From Gammaproteobacteria bacterium (GTDB lineage Bacteria > Pseudomonadota > Gammaproteobacteria > JBCCGL01), in contig OZ255836.1 in assembly GCA_965277715.1 (NCBI GenBank), positions 1,088,001 through 1,152,000 on the forward strand: 64,000 nt of DNA, read 5' to 3'. How positions within the stretch are numbered: position 1 is the stretch's first letter; each line of letters starts with the position of its first letter. This document shows, one piece after another, positions 1 through 9,680 of the stretch. A program made the translations under genes and the position numbers. The notes beneath the pieces are model-generated. The model was not told where the DNA came from. It saw nothing but the letters and a program-made list of their open reading frames with translations, and did no database searches.

Positions 1-45
1 TGGATGGGTGGTAGGTGTGGTCGTCATATAGTAATCCTCACTGCA

Positions 46-2463
46 TCAGGTTTTCATTCGGTGGTTTTGAGGGTCGAAGGGTGGTTTATCTAAAATCGCT
101 ACCGCGATACGCTGCCCCAATAGTTCAGCAGACAAGGGTTGGTCGAACGCTGAGGCCGGTTCACTTAGCCAGGCGAGCGCCAGGCTTTTCCCCACTCTGG
201 CACCGTAAGCACCCGAGGTGATAACCCCCACGCAGCGCTCACCACAAAATACCGGGTGTCCACCAAATGCTTCGATTTCGCACGTTTCGCACGTGTGAGT
301 ATCGAGTGACAACAACTGCATATGCCAATCGCTGGCGCCACGGGCGCTCAGTGCCTGTTTAACGAATAAACCTGCCCCGGCTTCATGGGGGGTGCGTTCA
401 CTGGTGAAATCCAGCCCCCAGGCACGGTAGCCTTTTTCAAGCCGCATGGCATTGGCGGCAAAAGCGCCGTAGTGGCCAATAGTCAGTGTTCTATCTGTCT
501 TGGTAATGGCGTCATACACACGGCCAAGTTGTGCATTTTCGACATGCAGTTCCCAACCGGATTCACCGATATAAGATACCCTTAAAGCACGCACAGCACA
601 CCCGGCGATGCGCAGGTGTTGTGCACTCAACCAGGGAAACTGATTTTGTGACAGGTCGGCATCGACAAGCCTCTGCAACAACGATTGTGCCAATGGCCCC
701 ATCACCGCCAGAATCCCCATGGATGTGGTGTGGTTGCTCAGTACAACCTCATGGTGCCGGGCGTGTGTGCGCAGTAAATCATCATCCCGCCGCTCGGCCG
801 CTGCCGCGCTGATCAGGTAGAAATGCCCGGCTGAAAAACGGGTGACGGTGAATTCTGAGAATACTCCTTCACTGGGTGTCAGTGCGTGCGTGAGTACAAT
901 TTGTCCGTCGCGTTGTGGCGCCTGGTTGGCGCCGAGTGAATCGATAAATGCTTCAGCGCCTGGGCCACAAATATCAAATTTGGAAAACGGTGATAGGTCG
1001 GCCAGCGCAACAGCCCGATTGGCATGTTGGCACTCGACAACCACTGTGTCGAACCAATTGGTGCGATAAAAACTATTGGTCTGCTGCGCATCGTATGTGC
1101 CGCGTGAAAAATAATTGGGGCGCTCCCAGCCATAGGCGCAACCCATTACGGCACCCGCCGCCAGCATACGGCTGTGCAGCGGGCTGGTGCGGGCTGGCCG
1201 ACCCGCCTCGCGCTCTTCATAGGGAAAGTGCACGCCAAACTGTTTGCCAAATGTTTCCACCGCCTTGCTGACGCGGTAATTGCGATCGGCATAGGCACCA
1301 AAACGCCGTGGATCGATAGCCAGTTCATCCATTGGGGGTGCACCATTCACCAGCCATTCGGCGAGAAAACAACCGGCACCACCGCCCTCCATCACACCCA
1401 TTGATGAACCCGTCAACAACCATGCATTTGGCAGGCCGTAAGCGGGGCCAATGAGTGGGTTGGCGTCAGGGGTAAAGGTAATCGGGCCATTGACCACTGT
1501 TTTAATACCGCCTTCAGCGAGCGCGGGGATACGTGCTATAGCCGCTTCGATGATTGCTTCGATGGGTTCAAGGTTGGGTGGCAATAATTCCATACCGAAA
1601 GCTTTTGGCACCTCATCGATTGACCACGGTGTCCCGTTCGCCTCATAGGGACCGAGAATAAAGCCATCGCGCTCCTGGCGCACATACCAGGATTCCTCTG
1701 GATCACGAATAATAGGCAGCTCGCCCGCCAGGTTACGCACGGCGTCAATACCTTCGGTAACGAGGTATTGGTGCAACATCGGCACAACCGGCAGATCGAC
1801 CCCCATCATATCGCCGATCTCGCGGCACCAGGTGCCCGCAGCGTTGATCAGCGTATGTGCTTCAATGCTGCCTTCACGGGTGTGCACACGCCAGGTATCG
1901 GTGGGGCTGCGCTCTATTTTTTCGACCGGGTTATTGCGGTAGATGCCAACCCCACGTTGGCGGGCGCCCGCCGCCATCGCGTGGGTGGCCTGGCTGGGGT
2001 CGACATAGCCATCCAGGGGTTCAAAAATCCCCCCCAATAGACCATCCCCTGTGCTGGCCAGAGGGTGAAACCGGTGTAATTCCCTAGCATCAAAAACGCT
2101 GAAGTCATAGCCGGTGAATTTACCCAGGCCCTGTACATGCCGAAACTCCGCCATACGCGCCTCACTGCGGGTAATGCGCAGCGCGCCACAGGCGTGAAAG
2201 CCAACCGGCAGGCCGGTTTCCTGTGGCAGCTTGTTTTTGTACAAATCAACGCTGTGTGCACGCAAAAACTGGATCGTGGCATTGTGTGCAAAATGTGTAC
2301 ACAAACCCGCCGCATGCCAGGTGGAGCCTGCGGTCAGTTCATTCTTTTCAATCAGCACGACATCACAGTGCCCGAGTTTACTGAGGTGGTACGCCAGTGA
2401 TACCCCCATCACACCACCACCGATAATGACGTATTGTGCCTGTGTTTTCATTTGCTGTGCCAA
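46..2463 (-). CDS. GcvT-family FAD-dependent oxidoreductase (dimethylglycine/sarcosine dehydrogenase-like)
   Basis: N-terminal IIGGGVMG FAD motif, GSTWHAAG, TFTPD, C-terminal GcvT folate domain (RVSYIGESGWELH, RLEKGY); TTG start. Confidence 0.9.
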   Translation of the reverse strand: MAQQMKTQAQYVIIGGGVMGVSLAYHLSKLGHCDVVLIEKNELTAGSTWHAAGLCTHFAHNATIQFLRAHSVDLYKNKLPQETGLPVGFHACGALRITRSEARMAEFRHVQGLGKFTGYDFSVFDARELHRFHPLASTGDGLLGGIFEPLDGYVDPSQATHAMAAGARQRGVGIYRNNPVEKIERSPTDTWRVHTREGSIEAHTLINAAGTWCREIGDMMGVDLPVVPMLHQYLVTEGIDAVRNLAGELPIIRDPEESWYVRQERDGFILGPYEANGTPWSIDEVPKAFGMELLPPNLEPIEAIIEAAIARIPALAEGGIKTVVNGPITFTPDANPLIGPAYGLPNAWLLTGSSMGVMEGGGAGCFLAEWLVNGAPPMDELAIDPRRFGAYADRNYRVSKAVETFGKQFGVHFPYEEREAGRPARTSPLHSRMLAAGAVMGCAYGWERPNYFSRGTYDAQQTNSFYRTNWFDTVVVECQHANRAVALADLSPFSKFDICGPGAEAFIDSLGANQAPQRDGQIVLTHALTPSEGVFSEFTVTRFSAGHFYLISAAAAERRDDDLLRTHARHHEVVLSNHTTSMGILAVMGPLAQSLLQRLVDADLSQNQFPWLSAQHLRIAGCAVRALRVSYIGESGWELHVENAQLGRVYDAITKTDRTLTIGHYGAFAANAMRLEKGYRAWGLDFTSERTPHEAGAGLFVKQALSARGASDWHMQLLSLDTHTCETCEIEAFGGHPVFCGERCVGVITSGAYGARVGKSLALAWLSEPASAFDQPLSAELLGQRIAVAILDKPPFDPQNHRMKT

Positions 2464-2571
2464 GCCTAAATTAATGGGGTAACAATTTACCGGCCACGGT
2501 GGATAGGGTTAATCTGACCCCAACCTGGATTTTTTGACCTGTTTGTCATTGGCAAATCCTATTACTCTCCT

Positions 2572-3516
2572 TTAATGCCTGTTTTGCAGTGCCTTGGCAA
2601 TCGCCACCAGGCCATCATTCATCTTTTTCGACAACGCGGCAAAATCCGCACCCTGCGCCTGCCGCTCACACCCCTCAACCATTTTATCGCGCAGTGCCTG
2701 TGTCAACTCGGGCGCCACCAGGCGCGTCCACGGCAGTTTCAATGCAGGCCCAAATTGGTCGAGGCAATAGGCCATACCCCCTTCACCGCCACCGACATGA
2801 AAGATTTCACAAGGCCCCATCAACGCCCAGCGGGGGCCGGGACCATTGACCACCGCCTGGTCGATCTGTTCGACTGTCGCCTCACCGTTCGCGACCATAT
2901 GCAGGGCTTCGCGCCAGATGGCTTCCTGCAAACGCGTGGCGATAAACCCCGGCACTTCTTTTTCCATCACCAGCGGCGATTTACCCGCCAGTTGATAAAA
3001 TGACTGCGCTGTCTGTAAGGTCTCAGGAGCGGTTTTCTGGCCACCCACCAGTTCCACCAGAGGCATCAGGTACGGCGGGTTAAATGGGTGGGCAACCACT
3101 GTGCGTTCAGGGGTCGGGCAACGCGCCTGAATATCACTCATCGACAGGCCAGACGTGCTGGAGGCAATAATCACTCCCTGCGGCACCAGGTCACCCAGTT
3201 TTTCATACAATGCCTGCTTGAGATCGAGGTTTTCCGGCGCGCTCTCCTGGACAAAATCCGCATCGGCCACTGCCGCAGTAAGATCGGTGGTAATGCGCAG
3301 ATGATCGGGGGATGCCCCTTCAGCTACCCCAAGCGCCACCAGACTGGGCCAGGCTGTATCAATCAGGCGTTTTAACGATGCCTCTTCACTTGCGTCATGC
3401 AGATAGCAGGTAACCTGATAGCCACGCGACAAAAAGTGTGCTGACCAGCCACCGCCAATTGGGCCACCGCCAATGCAGGTGATGCGTTTGATTTCATCTG
3501 CGGGTTTCATCGACAT
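2572..3516 (-). CDS. L-carnitine dehydrogenase-like 3-hydroxyacyl-CoA dehydrogenase family protein
   Basis: GGGPIGGGW Rossmann motif, QESAPE, SSTSG, HPFNPPYL, GPGPRW; ATG at 3516 lies just after the upstream gene stop (3518). Confidence 0.85.
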   Translation of the reverse strand: MSMKPADEIKRITCIGGGPIGGGWSAHFLSRGYQVTCYLHDASEEASLKRLIDTAWPSLVALGVAEGASPDHLRITTDLTAAVADADFVQESAPENLDLKQALYEKLGDLVPQGVIIASSTSGLSMSDIQARCPTPERTVVAHPFNPPYLMPLVELVGGQKTAPETLQTAQSFYQLAGKSPLVMEKEVPGFIATRLQEAIWREALHMVANGEATVEQIDQAVVNGPGPRWALMGPCEIFHVGGGEGGMAYCLDQFGPALKLPWTRLVAPELTQALRDKMVEGCERQAQGADFAALSKKMNDGLVAIAKALQNRH

Positions 3517-3517
3517 T

Positions 3518-4354
3518 TCATCGCCCCTTAAATACCGGTTTACGTTTTTCAACAAAGGCGCGAACACCCTCTTGTGCATCTTCAGATTTCAGCATTTGTC
3601 GGTATACCGGCAAATCACCCGTGCGCATGGTGTTAAATGCATTGTGAATGGTCTCCCCTTCAATACTGCGCAATACCTCTTTGACCGTTTGCAAGGCCAA
3701 CGGGGCCGATTCGGCCAGTTGATCGGCCCAGGCGCGTGCGCTGTCGAGTAGGTCGGCGGCGGGCACGACTTTGTTCACCAGGCCGTAGCGCATCGCCTCC
3801 TCTGCTGTCAGCCAACGCCCCAGCAGCAGCATTTCCATCGCAATATTGTAGGGAATACGGCGCGGTAACCGTTGGATAGCGCCCGCATCAGGAATAATAC
3901 CAAGCGGTAATTCAGGCAGCGCAAACTGCACGTTTTCTGTGGCGATAATCAAGTCACAGGCGACCGCGATTTCCAGACCACCGCCAATGGCCAGGCCATT
4001 CAACGCGGCGATCACGGGCTTGTTTAAGTCCCACATTTCCGTAATACCGGCAAAACCGCCCATGCTGGCATCTTCGTTTTCCCACCAGTTATCCAGCGCG
4101 ATATCGCCGCTGTTCAACGCCTTTAAATCCCAGCCAGCCGAGAAGATTTTTTCACCCGCGCTAGTTAATATGGCCACCCGCAGATCCGGGTCATCCCGTA
4201 GCATAACAAATGCCTGGCCGAGTTTTTTGCTGGTGGCATCATCAATTGCATTGACTTTGGGCCTGTCGATGGTGATTTCCAATACATGGCCGCGCCGTTC
4301 CACACGGACTTCTTTATCTATATCCCGTTCATTGTTACTCATCTTTTTCCTCAC
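3518..4354 (-). CDS. caiD: Crotonase-family enoyl-CoA hydratase, carnitinyl-CoA dehydratase (CaiD)-like
   Basis: FSAGWDLK, GGFAG, AIGGGLE, PELPLGIIPDAG motifs; next to the carnitine-dehydrogenase-like gene. Confidence 0.75.
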   Translation of the reverse strand: MRKKMSNNERDIDKEVRVERRGHVLEITIDRPKVNAIDDATSKKLGQAFVMLRDDPDLRVAILTSAGEKIFSAGWDLKALNSGDIALDNWWENEDASMGGFAGITEMWDLNKPVIAALNGLAIGGGLEIAVACDLIIATENVQFALPELPLGIIPDAGAIQRLPRRIPYNIAMEMLLLGRWLTAEEAMRYGLVNKVVPAADLLDSARAWADQLAESAPLALQTVKEVLRSIEGETIHNAFNTMRTGDLPVYRQMLKSEDAQEGVRAFVEKRKPVFKGR

Positions 4355-4507
4355 ACTGAATGGATCAAAACACAGGTAGGCAAGTTACGTGGGCAATCGT
4401 GCAACACGTCGTATTTTTCGACAAAAGCAAAAATATTCCGACGCGATGTAAGGCCAATAAATGCATTGCTTACAACACCTGCCCAGGAGGCGAATTATGA
4501 CCAAAGC

Positions 4508-4529
4508 TGTCGATTTTTATAAAGCGACA
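4508..4529. promoter_or_regulatory. Candidate operator, TGTCG-N12-CGACA inverted repeat in the divergent promoter region
   Basis: tgtcgatttttataaagcgaca; further GTCG/CGAC half-sites at about 4408-4443. Confidence 0.35.
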
Positions 4530-4545
4530 CATTGTACTTTTACCA

Positions 4546-6711
4546 ATGATGCCAATACCGACAGGAGGCCACACAATAAGCACTGCGATGACACCGAAAC
4601 AACAACATAACCTACGCCGCCTGCTCAACCCCCGGCACGCCGTTTTTATCGGAGGCGACGCCGCTGAATTTTCCGCGCAGCTCTGCGCAAACGCAGGCTT
4701 TAAAGGCGCGATATGGGGTGTCAATGCCAGGCGTGACACTATGGCGGGGTTTCCCTGCTTTTCGCGTATTGAGGATCTGCCCGAGGCGCCAGACGCGGTG
4801 TTTCTGGCCATTCCGCAACCGGTGGCTCTGGCTGCCGTAACCGCACTCAACGCCCTGGGTGCAGGTGGTATCGCCTGCTTTACCGCTGGCTTTGGCGAGC
4901 TGGGCGATGAGGGCGCGGTACGCGAGCAGGCGCTTACTGCAGCGGCGGGCGATATGGCCCTGATCGGCCCAAATTGCCAGGGCATTCTCAATTATATTAA
5001 CAACGCGCCCCTGTGGCCTTTTGGCTTTCCTGTTCAGCATTTTACCCAGGGTGCAGCGATCATTTCCCAAAGCGGTATGCTGTGCTCCAACCTCACTATG
5101 CAACAGCGTTCGATTCCTTTTTCCTACGTTATCAGCGCGGGCAACCAAGCCGTTTTGGCAGTTGAGGATTACCTCGAAGTACTGATTGATGACCCGGCAG
5201 TCACCGCCATCGGTTTATACATTGAAGCCCTGCACAACGTTGCCCGCTTCAGCGAAATGGCCTTGCGCGCACTGGACCGTGGCAAACCCATTGTGGCACT
5301 TAAAGGGGGCACGTCGAGTGTCGGTGCGCAACTCACCGTTACCCATACCGGCTCGCTGTCAGGTTCTGAGCGGTTGTACAGCGCACTGTTTAACCGCCTG
5401 GGCGTTATCCAGGTGGACAGCCCGGCGGTGATGCTGGAAACCTTGAAGCTGGTATCGGTAGCCAGTGCCCCTGCCGGTAGACGAATTGCTGCATTTACGC
5501 TGTCTGGCGGTGATGCGGCGATGCTCGCCGATGCCGGTGAAAAGCTGGGTCTGGCACTACCCCAGCCCAGCGCGTGCACACACCGGGAATTAAAAACCCT
5601 GCTACCGGCAATTGCCACGGTCTCCAACCCACTTGATCTCACCACGCCGCTTTGGGGCGACGAGGAAAACGTGCCCAAAGTCATCGCCAATTTACTCGCC
5701 GATGGCTTCGACGCCGCACTGTTTGTGCAGGACTACCCGATGCCCGATATGGGGGTTAGCAACGCCGAGTACCGCGCCGATGCACGTTCGCTGATACGTG
5801 CCACCCGTGCCGCCAACATCCCCGCCGTTGTCGTCAGCAGCTTGCCGGAAAATATTGATAAAGAGACCCGTGACTGGTTAATCGAAAACCGGGTGGCGCC
5901 CCTACAAGGTATCAACGAGGCATTGCAGGCACTGGTTGGTGGCGCCCTACACAGCGCACGGCGTGCGCAGCAGGCCGCCTCTACACCCCACGCGCTATCC
6001 ACTACGCACCCAAAAGCGCCTGGTGCGCTCACGTTATTGGACGAATGGCAGGGAAAATGTTGTTTGGAAAACGCGGGGATCACTGTACCCGATGGGCGTT
6101 TAGTCAGTGCTGAACGTGCCCGGGCAGCGGCGGAATCCATCGGCTATCCACTGGTCGCCAAGCTGGTCAATAAGCACTTGCCACACAAAACGGAAGCGGG
6201 CGCCGTTGTGCTCAATATTCAAAATGCCGATCAGCTAACGACTGCTATCAAGGCAATACGTCACTCGGTGAGCGCTTGGTCATCAGAAACAGCCATGACA
6301 ATTGCCACCGACACATTCCTTATTGAAAAAATGCTCGATACGCCCGTGGCTGAGCTATTACTCGGGGTGCGTCGTGACGATCATTTTGGCCTGGTGATGT
6401 TGCTTGCCAGTGGCGGTATTTTGGTCGAGCTCATCGACGATGCGCAAACCTTGCTGTTACCGGCGAGTCGTGACAGCGTAGAAGAGGCATTGAGCGCATT
6501 GAAAATCAGCCGCTTGATCGATGGTTATCGCGGCAAACCCGCCGGTGATAGAGAACAGCTTGTCAATACAATCCTGGCGATTGCCCAATTTGCATTACAG
6601 CGGGAAAACCAACTGGAGGAACTCGACATCAATCCTTTGATGATCTTGCCGGATGGTGTTATCGCCGCTGATGTATTGCTGCGCGTCGGTGCGCCCGACG
6701 ACAAAGATTAA
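4546..6711 (+). CDS. ADP-forming acyl-CoA synthetase (acetate-CoA ligase family, fused CoA-binding and ATP-grasp domains)
   Basis: IGPNCQG, SQSG, THTGSL phospho-His motif, NPLD, HKTEAGAV, ELDINPL; true start may be ATG at 4588. Confidence 0.88.
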   Translation: MMPIPTGGHTISTAMTPKQQHNLRRLLNPRHAVFIGGDAAEFSAQLCANAGFKGAIWGVNARRDTMAGFPCFSRIEDLPEAPDAVFLAIPQPVALAAVTALNALGAGGIACFTAGFGELGDEGAVREQALTAAAGDMALIGPNCQGILNYINNAPLWPFGFPVQHFTQGAAIISQSGMLCSNLTMQQRSIPFSYVISAGNQAVLAVEDYLEVLIDDPAVTAIGLYIEALHNVARFSEMALRALDRGKPIVALKGGTSSVGAQLTVTHTGSLSGSERLYSALFNRLGVIQVDSPAVMLETLKLVSVASAPAGRRIAAFTLSGGDAAMLADAGEKLGLALPQPSACTHRELKTLLPAIATVSNPLDLTTPLWGDEENVPKVIANLLADGFDAALFVQDYPMPDMGVSNAEYRADARSLIRATRAANIPAVVVSSLPENIDKETRDWLIENRVAPLQGINEALQALVGGALHSARRAQQAASTPHALSTTHPKAPGALTLLDEWQGKCCLENAGITVPDGRLVSAERARAAAESIGYPLVAKLVNKHLPHKTEAGAVVLNIQNADQLTTAIKAIRHSVSAWSSETAMTIATDTFLIEKMLDTPVAELLLGVRRDDHFGLVMLLASGGILVELIDDAQTLLLPASRDSVEEALSALKISRLIDGYRGKPAGDREQLVNTILAIAQFALQRENQLEELDINPLMILPDGVIAADVLLRVGAPDDKD

Positions 6712-6718
6712 ACCCCCT

Positions 6719-7654
6719 TTACTTCAGCGTATGCACTTTACCCTGTTCGCTGTCGCCCACATAAACGCTATAACGTCCACCCAGTGATTCATCGATATAG
6801 CGGTGCAACATAATATCCGTCTCTTTATTTGGCAACCGTGACCAGGGAATATCGCTGAAGGCATACCACTGAACATGTGCAACACTATTGCCGCTGCTTT
6901 CCGTTGTGCCCCGGTAGTACACGAGCACACCTTCTGACTCACTCTGTATACCGTTCTCAAACACCGAGAAGACAAAACCGATTTCAGCGGAGATACCATA
7001 AGAGGCCAATATGCCCAACAAACTATCCGGCTGCTCAGCCCCACCGATATGGCTGCCCCAGGGCAATTGCAACTGACCACTCTGGTGATCTTCAACCAAC
7101 AGGATTTTGCCCTCGTGTTCGAGAATGGCACCGACATGCCCTCTGCGCAAACTGGCATCGCTGGCGCGGTGCTCCAATAGTGCAGAGACATAATTGCCTT
7201 TCCAATACCCCAGCGGGTTCGCCGCTGAATGATCAAACGCCAATACGCGGCCAATAACAATGATGTGATCCCCCGCCTCTACCGTATTGTGGAGTACACA
7301 GTCAAACCAGGCGGCCGCCCCATCGAGAATCGGGCTACCGGATTCGACCGTCTTCCAACTCACCCCGGCAAAGCGATCCGTGGCGTGTGGTGAGGCAAAC
7401 GTACCCGAGATAGACTGCTGGTCTTCAGCGAGGATGTTGATGGCAAATTTCCCCGCATTAAGGTAAATGCTACGGTTACTGGAATTGGCCGCCAAACAAA
7501 ACAGCACCAATGGTTCATCCAGTGACACTGAGGTAAACGAATTGGCGGTAAAACCTGTTGGCAGCCCCTCACTATCCATCGTCGTCACTACCGTGACACC
7601 GGTCATAAACGCACCGAGCGCACGGCGCAATTCGCGAGGGTCGATTGTTTGCAT
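6719..7654 (-). CDS. Flavin reductase (NtaB/DmoB-like) with C-terminal Nudix-like extension
   Basis: GVTVVT, NSFTSVSLDEPL, GDHIIVIG motifs; about 150-aa C-terminal extra domain (VGAILEHEGKILLV). Confidence 0.8.
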   Translation of the reverse strand: MQTIDPRELRRALGAFMTGVTVVTTMDSEGLPTGFTANSFTSVSLDEPLVLFCLAANSSNRSIYLNAGKFAINILAEDQQSISGTFASPHATDRFAGVSWKTVESGSPILDGAAAWFDCVLHNTVEAGDHIIVIGRVLAFDHSAANPLGYWKGNYVSALLEHRASDASLRRGHVGAILEHEGKILLVEDHQSGQLQLPWGSHIGGAEQPDSLLGILASYGISAEIGFVFSVFENGIQSESEGVLVYYRGTTESSGNSVAHVQWYAFSDIPWSRLPNKETDIMLHRYIDESLGGRYSVYVGDSEQGKVHTLK

Positions 7655-7790
7655 AGCAAAGCAGCCTTTTTAACCAGTTAAGACAGTACGGAAATCAGAA
7701 TAAAGCACTAATACCCTGAAAAACCAACATGTGACGCATATGCGTACATTTTCCAGATTCAAACCAGAAATTTTAAATACCGCTAAAACC

Positions 7791-7815
7791 AAAAAAGCCC
7801 GCAATCGCGGGCTTT
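7791..7815 (-). terminator. Intrinsic terminator downstream of tRNA-Arg
   Basis: On the minus strand AAAGCCCGC-GATT-GCGGGCTTT followed by T run. Confidence 0.8.
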
Positions 7816-7822
7816 CGATTTT

Positions 7823-7899
7823 TGGCGCGCCCGGAAGGATTCGAACCTCCGACCACCTGGTTCGTAGCCAGGTACTCTATCCAGCTGAGCTACGGGCGC
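7823..7899 (-). tRNA. tRNA-Arg (anticodon ACG)
   Basis: GCGCCCGTAGCTCAGCTGGATAGAGTACCTGGCTACGAACCAGGTGGTCGGAGGTTCGAATCCTTCCGGGCGCGCCA; 77 nt cloverleaf with encoded CCA. Confidence 0.98.
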
Positions 7900-8071
7900 A
7901 TGTCTATAAAGCGCGGCATTCTGGCAGTGTGTGCGAACACTGTCAAGTACTCCTAATGCTTGAGCAACCGATATGAAGTCCGGCGACGAAATGACCGTAC
8001 CGCCTCGCTGAAAAGTGGTAGCACCCGTTACATGTACGCTCTGTGGTGTTTTCACTGCCTGGGAGCCGACG

Positions 8072-8890
8072 TTACTTCTTCGCAGTTAAAAATGTTTTTT
8101 CCAGTGCCACAATAGCGTCCATATCTTCATGTGTGAACCCAGCGGCAAGCCGTGCCTCCCGGTTAAAAGGCCCGGATAAATACCCTCTGGTATATTCTTT
8201 CAAAAGTTGTTCAAAAACGACCCGTGAATCTAAACTGCGTTGGTTGCACAGATAGTTAAACCATCGGTTGCCAATGGCGACATGGCCAATTTCATCACGA
8301 TAAATAATTTCCAGAATATCCACTGCACGCTGATCGTTAAGGTTTTTCAGTTTTTGAATAATCTTTGGCGTAACATCCAGGCCCCTCGCCTCTAACACTC
8401 TCGGTACTAAGGCCATACGTACCATCACATCGTGGTCTGTGGCAACGGCCATATCCCATAAATTATTGTGCGCGACAAAATCGCCATAGTCGACATTGTG
8501 TGCATTGAGGTATTCGCGCAATAACGCAAAGTGCCGCGCCTCTTCGACGGCTACTTTTATCCAATCAAAATAATATTCATCCGGCATACCACTAAACCGA
8601 TAAACGGCATCCAGTGCCAGGTTAATTGCATTAAACTCGATATGTGCAAAGGCGTGAAATTGTATCAACCGCCCTGCCTGTGAACCGATTTTCCGCCTTG
8701 GAACCTGGGCGGGTGACACCAGTTCAGGTTTATCTGGTCTGCCTGGTATAGGAAGGCGTACAGCTATTTCACCCGGTGTCAATGCCAACCCCGATTGGTT
8801 CAGTCGATTCGACAATGCGTTAACTTCCGCCACTTTTTCCGCCGGGTCGCAGCGCATTAATGCATGGTAGGCATGCCGATGAATATTCAT
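8072..8890 (-). CDS. Ferritin-like DUF455 family protein
   Basis: HAFAHIEFNAINLALD, EEARHF, LEARGLD, DEIGHV di-iron ExxH motifs. Confidence 0.88.
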   Translation of the reverse strand: MNIHRHAYHALMRCDPAEKVAEVNALSNRLNQSGLALTPGEIAVRLPIPGRPDKPELVSPAQVPRRKIGSQAGRLIQFHAFAHIEFNAINLALDAVYRFSGMPDEYYFDWIKVAVEEARHFALLREYLNAHNVDYGDFVAHNNLWDMAVATDHDVMVRMALVPRVLEARGLDVTPKIIQKLKNLNDQRAVDILEIIYRDEIGHVAIGNRWFNYLCNQRSLDSRVVFEQLLKEYTRGYLSGPFNREARLAAGFTHEDMDAIVALEKTFLTAKK

Positions 8891-8911
8891 TTCACCCTCA
8901 CCCTTCGCCCT

Positions 8912-9667
8912 TCAGGCACACGGTGGGTCTGGCCTGTTTAACCCGGACCGGAACACCGACCGGAACAGTTCACGGCTCTTCAATGGCCGACCATCGAGTT
9001 GTTGATTGATAAGTACACGTAATAAACGCCGGGATTCTACTCGTGTATCCGATGAGGAAAAATCCCAGTTTGCCAATGCCAATAATGTGCGACCGGATAT
9101 ATTAATACCCGGCGCCTGATTGAGGTCGGCGTAAACAGGGCCTCGATCCACAACATAGCAATACGCGGTGTCCTCATCGATTACATCGCCACTATTGACT
9201 TCATTGTGCAATGCAAGTTGATAGCCAAGGGATTCAAGTAGTGCCAGTTCGTAATAGCGCAGCGCAGGTTCAACCCCCGATTGATCACCATACAGGTGGT
9301 TTATGGTCTGGTTATACAGCACAAAAATATCTTCATGCGGGTCATCTTGTGGGAGTAGTTTCAATGTCAGCTCATTGACGTAATAACCACAAAATAATGC
9401 TTCCCCTGTCAGTCTTATATTCGACGGGTCAAAATTTGCCTCTTCCACATCGGTTAAGCTGAATAATTCACCCCTACCCGTCCACGACAAAAGTAACTGT
9501 CTAAAAGGTTGCAGTTGTGATGCCGTATTTTTTTTACTGTTGCGGACACCCCGCGCCACAATACCCACCCGACCGTGATTGAGCGTTATCACATCGAGAA
9601 TTAAACTGGTGTTGCGGTACTGGCGTTGATGGAGAATAAATGCAGCTTGTTGTTCAACCCGACCCAT
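8912..9667 (-). CDS. recO: DNA repair protein RecO
   Basis: AFILHQRQYRNTSLI, LQPF, YVNEL, PLKSRELF; follows era. Confidence 0.95.
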   Translation of the reverse strand: MGRVEQQAAFILHQRQYRNTSLILDVITLNHGRVGIVARGVRNSKKNTASQLQPFRQLLLSWTGRGELFSLTDVEEANFDPSNIRLTGEALFCGYYVNELTLKLLPQDDPHEDIFVLYNQTINHLYGDQSGVEPALRYYELALLESLGYQLALHNEVNSGDVIDEDTAYCYVVDRGPVYADLNQAPGINISGRTLLALANWDFSSSDTRVESRRLLRVLINQQLDGRPLKSRELFRSVFRSGLNRPDPPCA

Positions 9668-9680
9668 GACCCAGGATTAT

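Noticed and set aside
7731-8055. ORFs 7731..7976 (+) and 7783..8055 (-)
   Set aside because: They overlap tRNA-Arg and its terminator and are shadow translations
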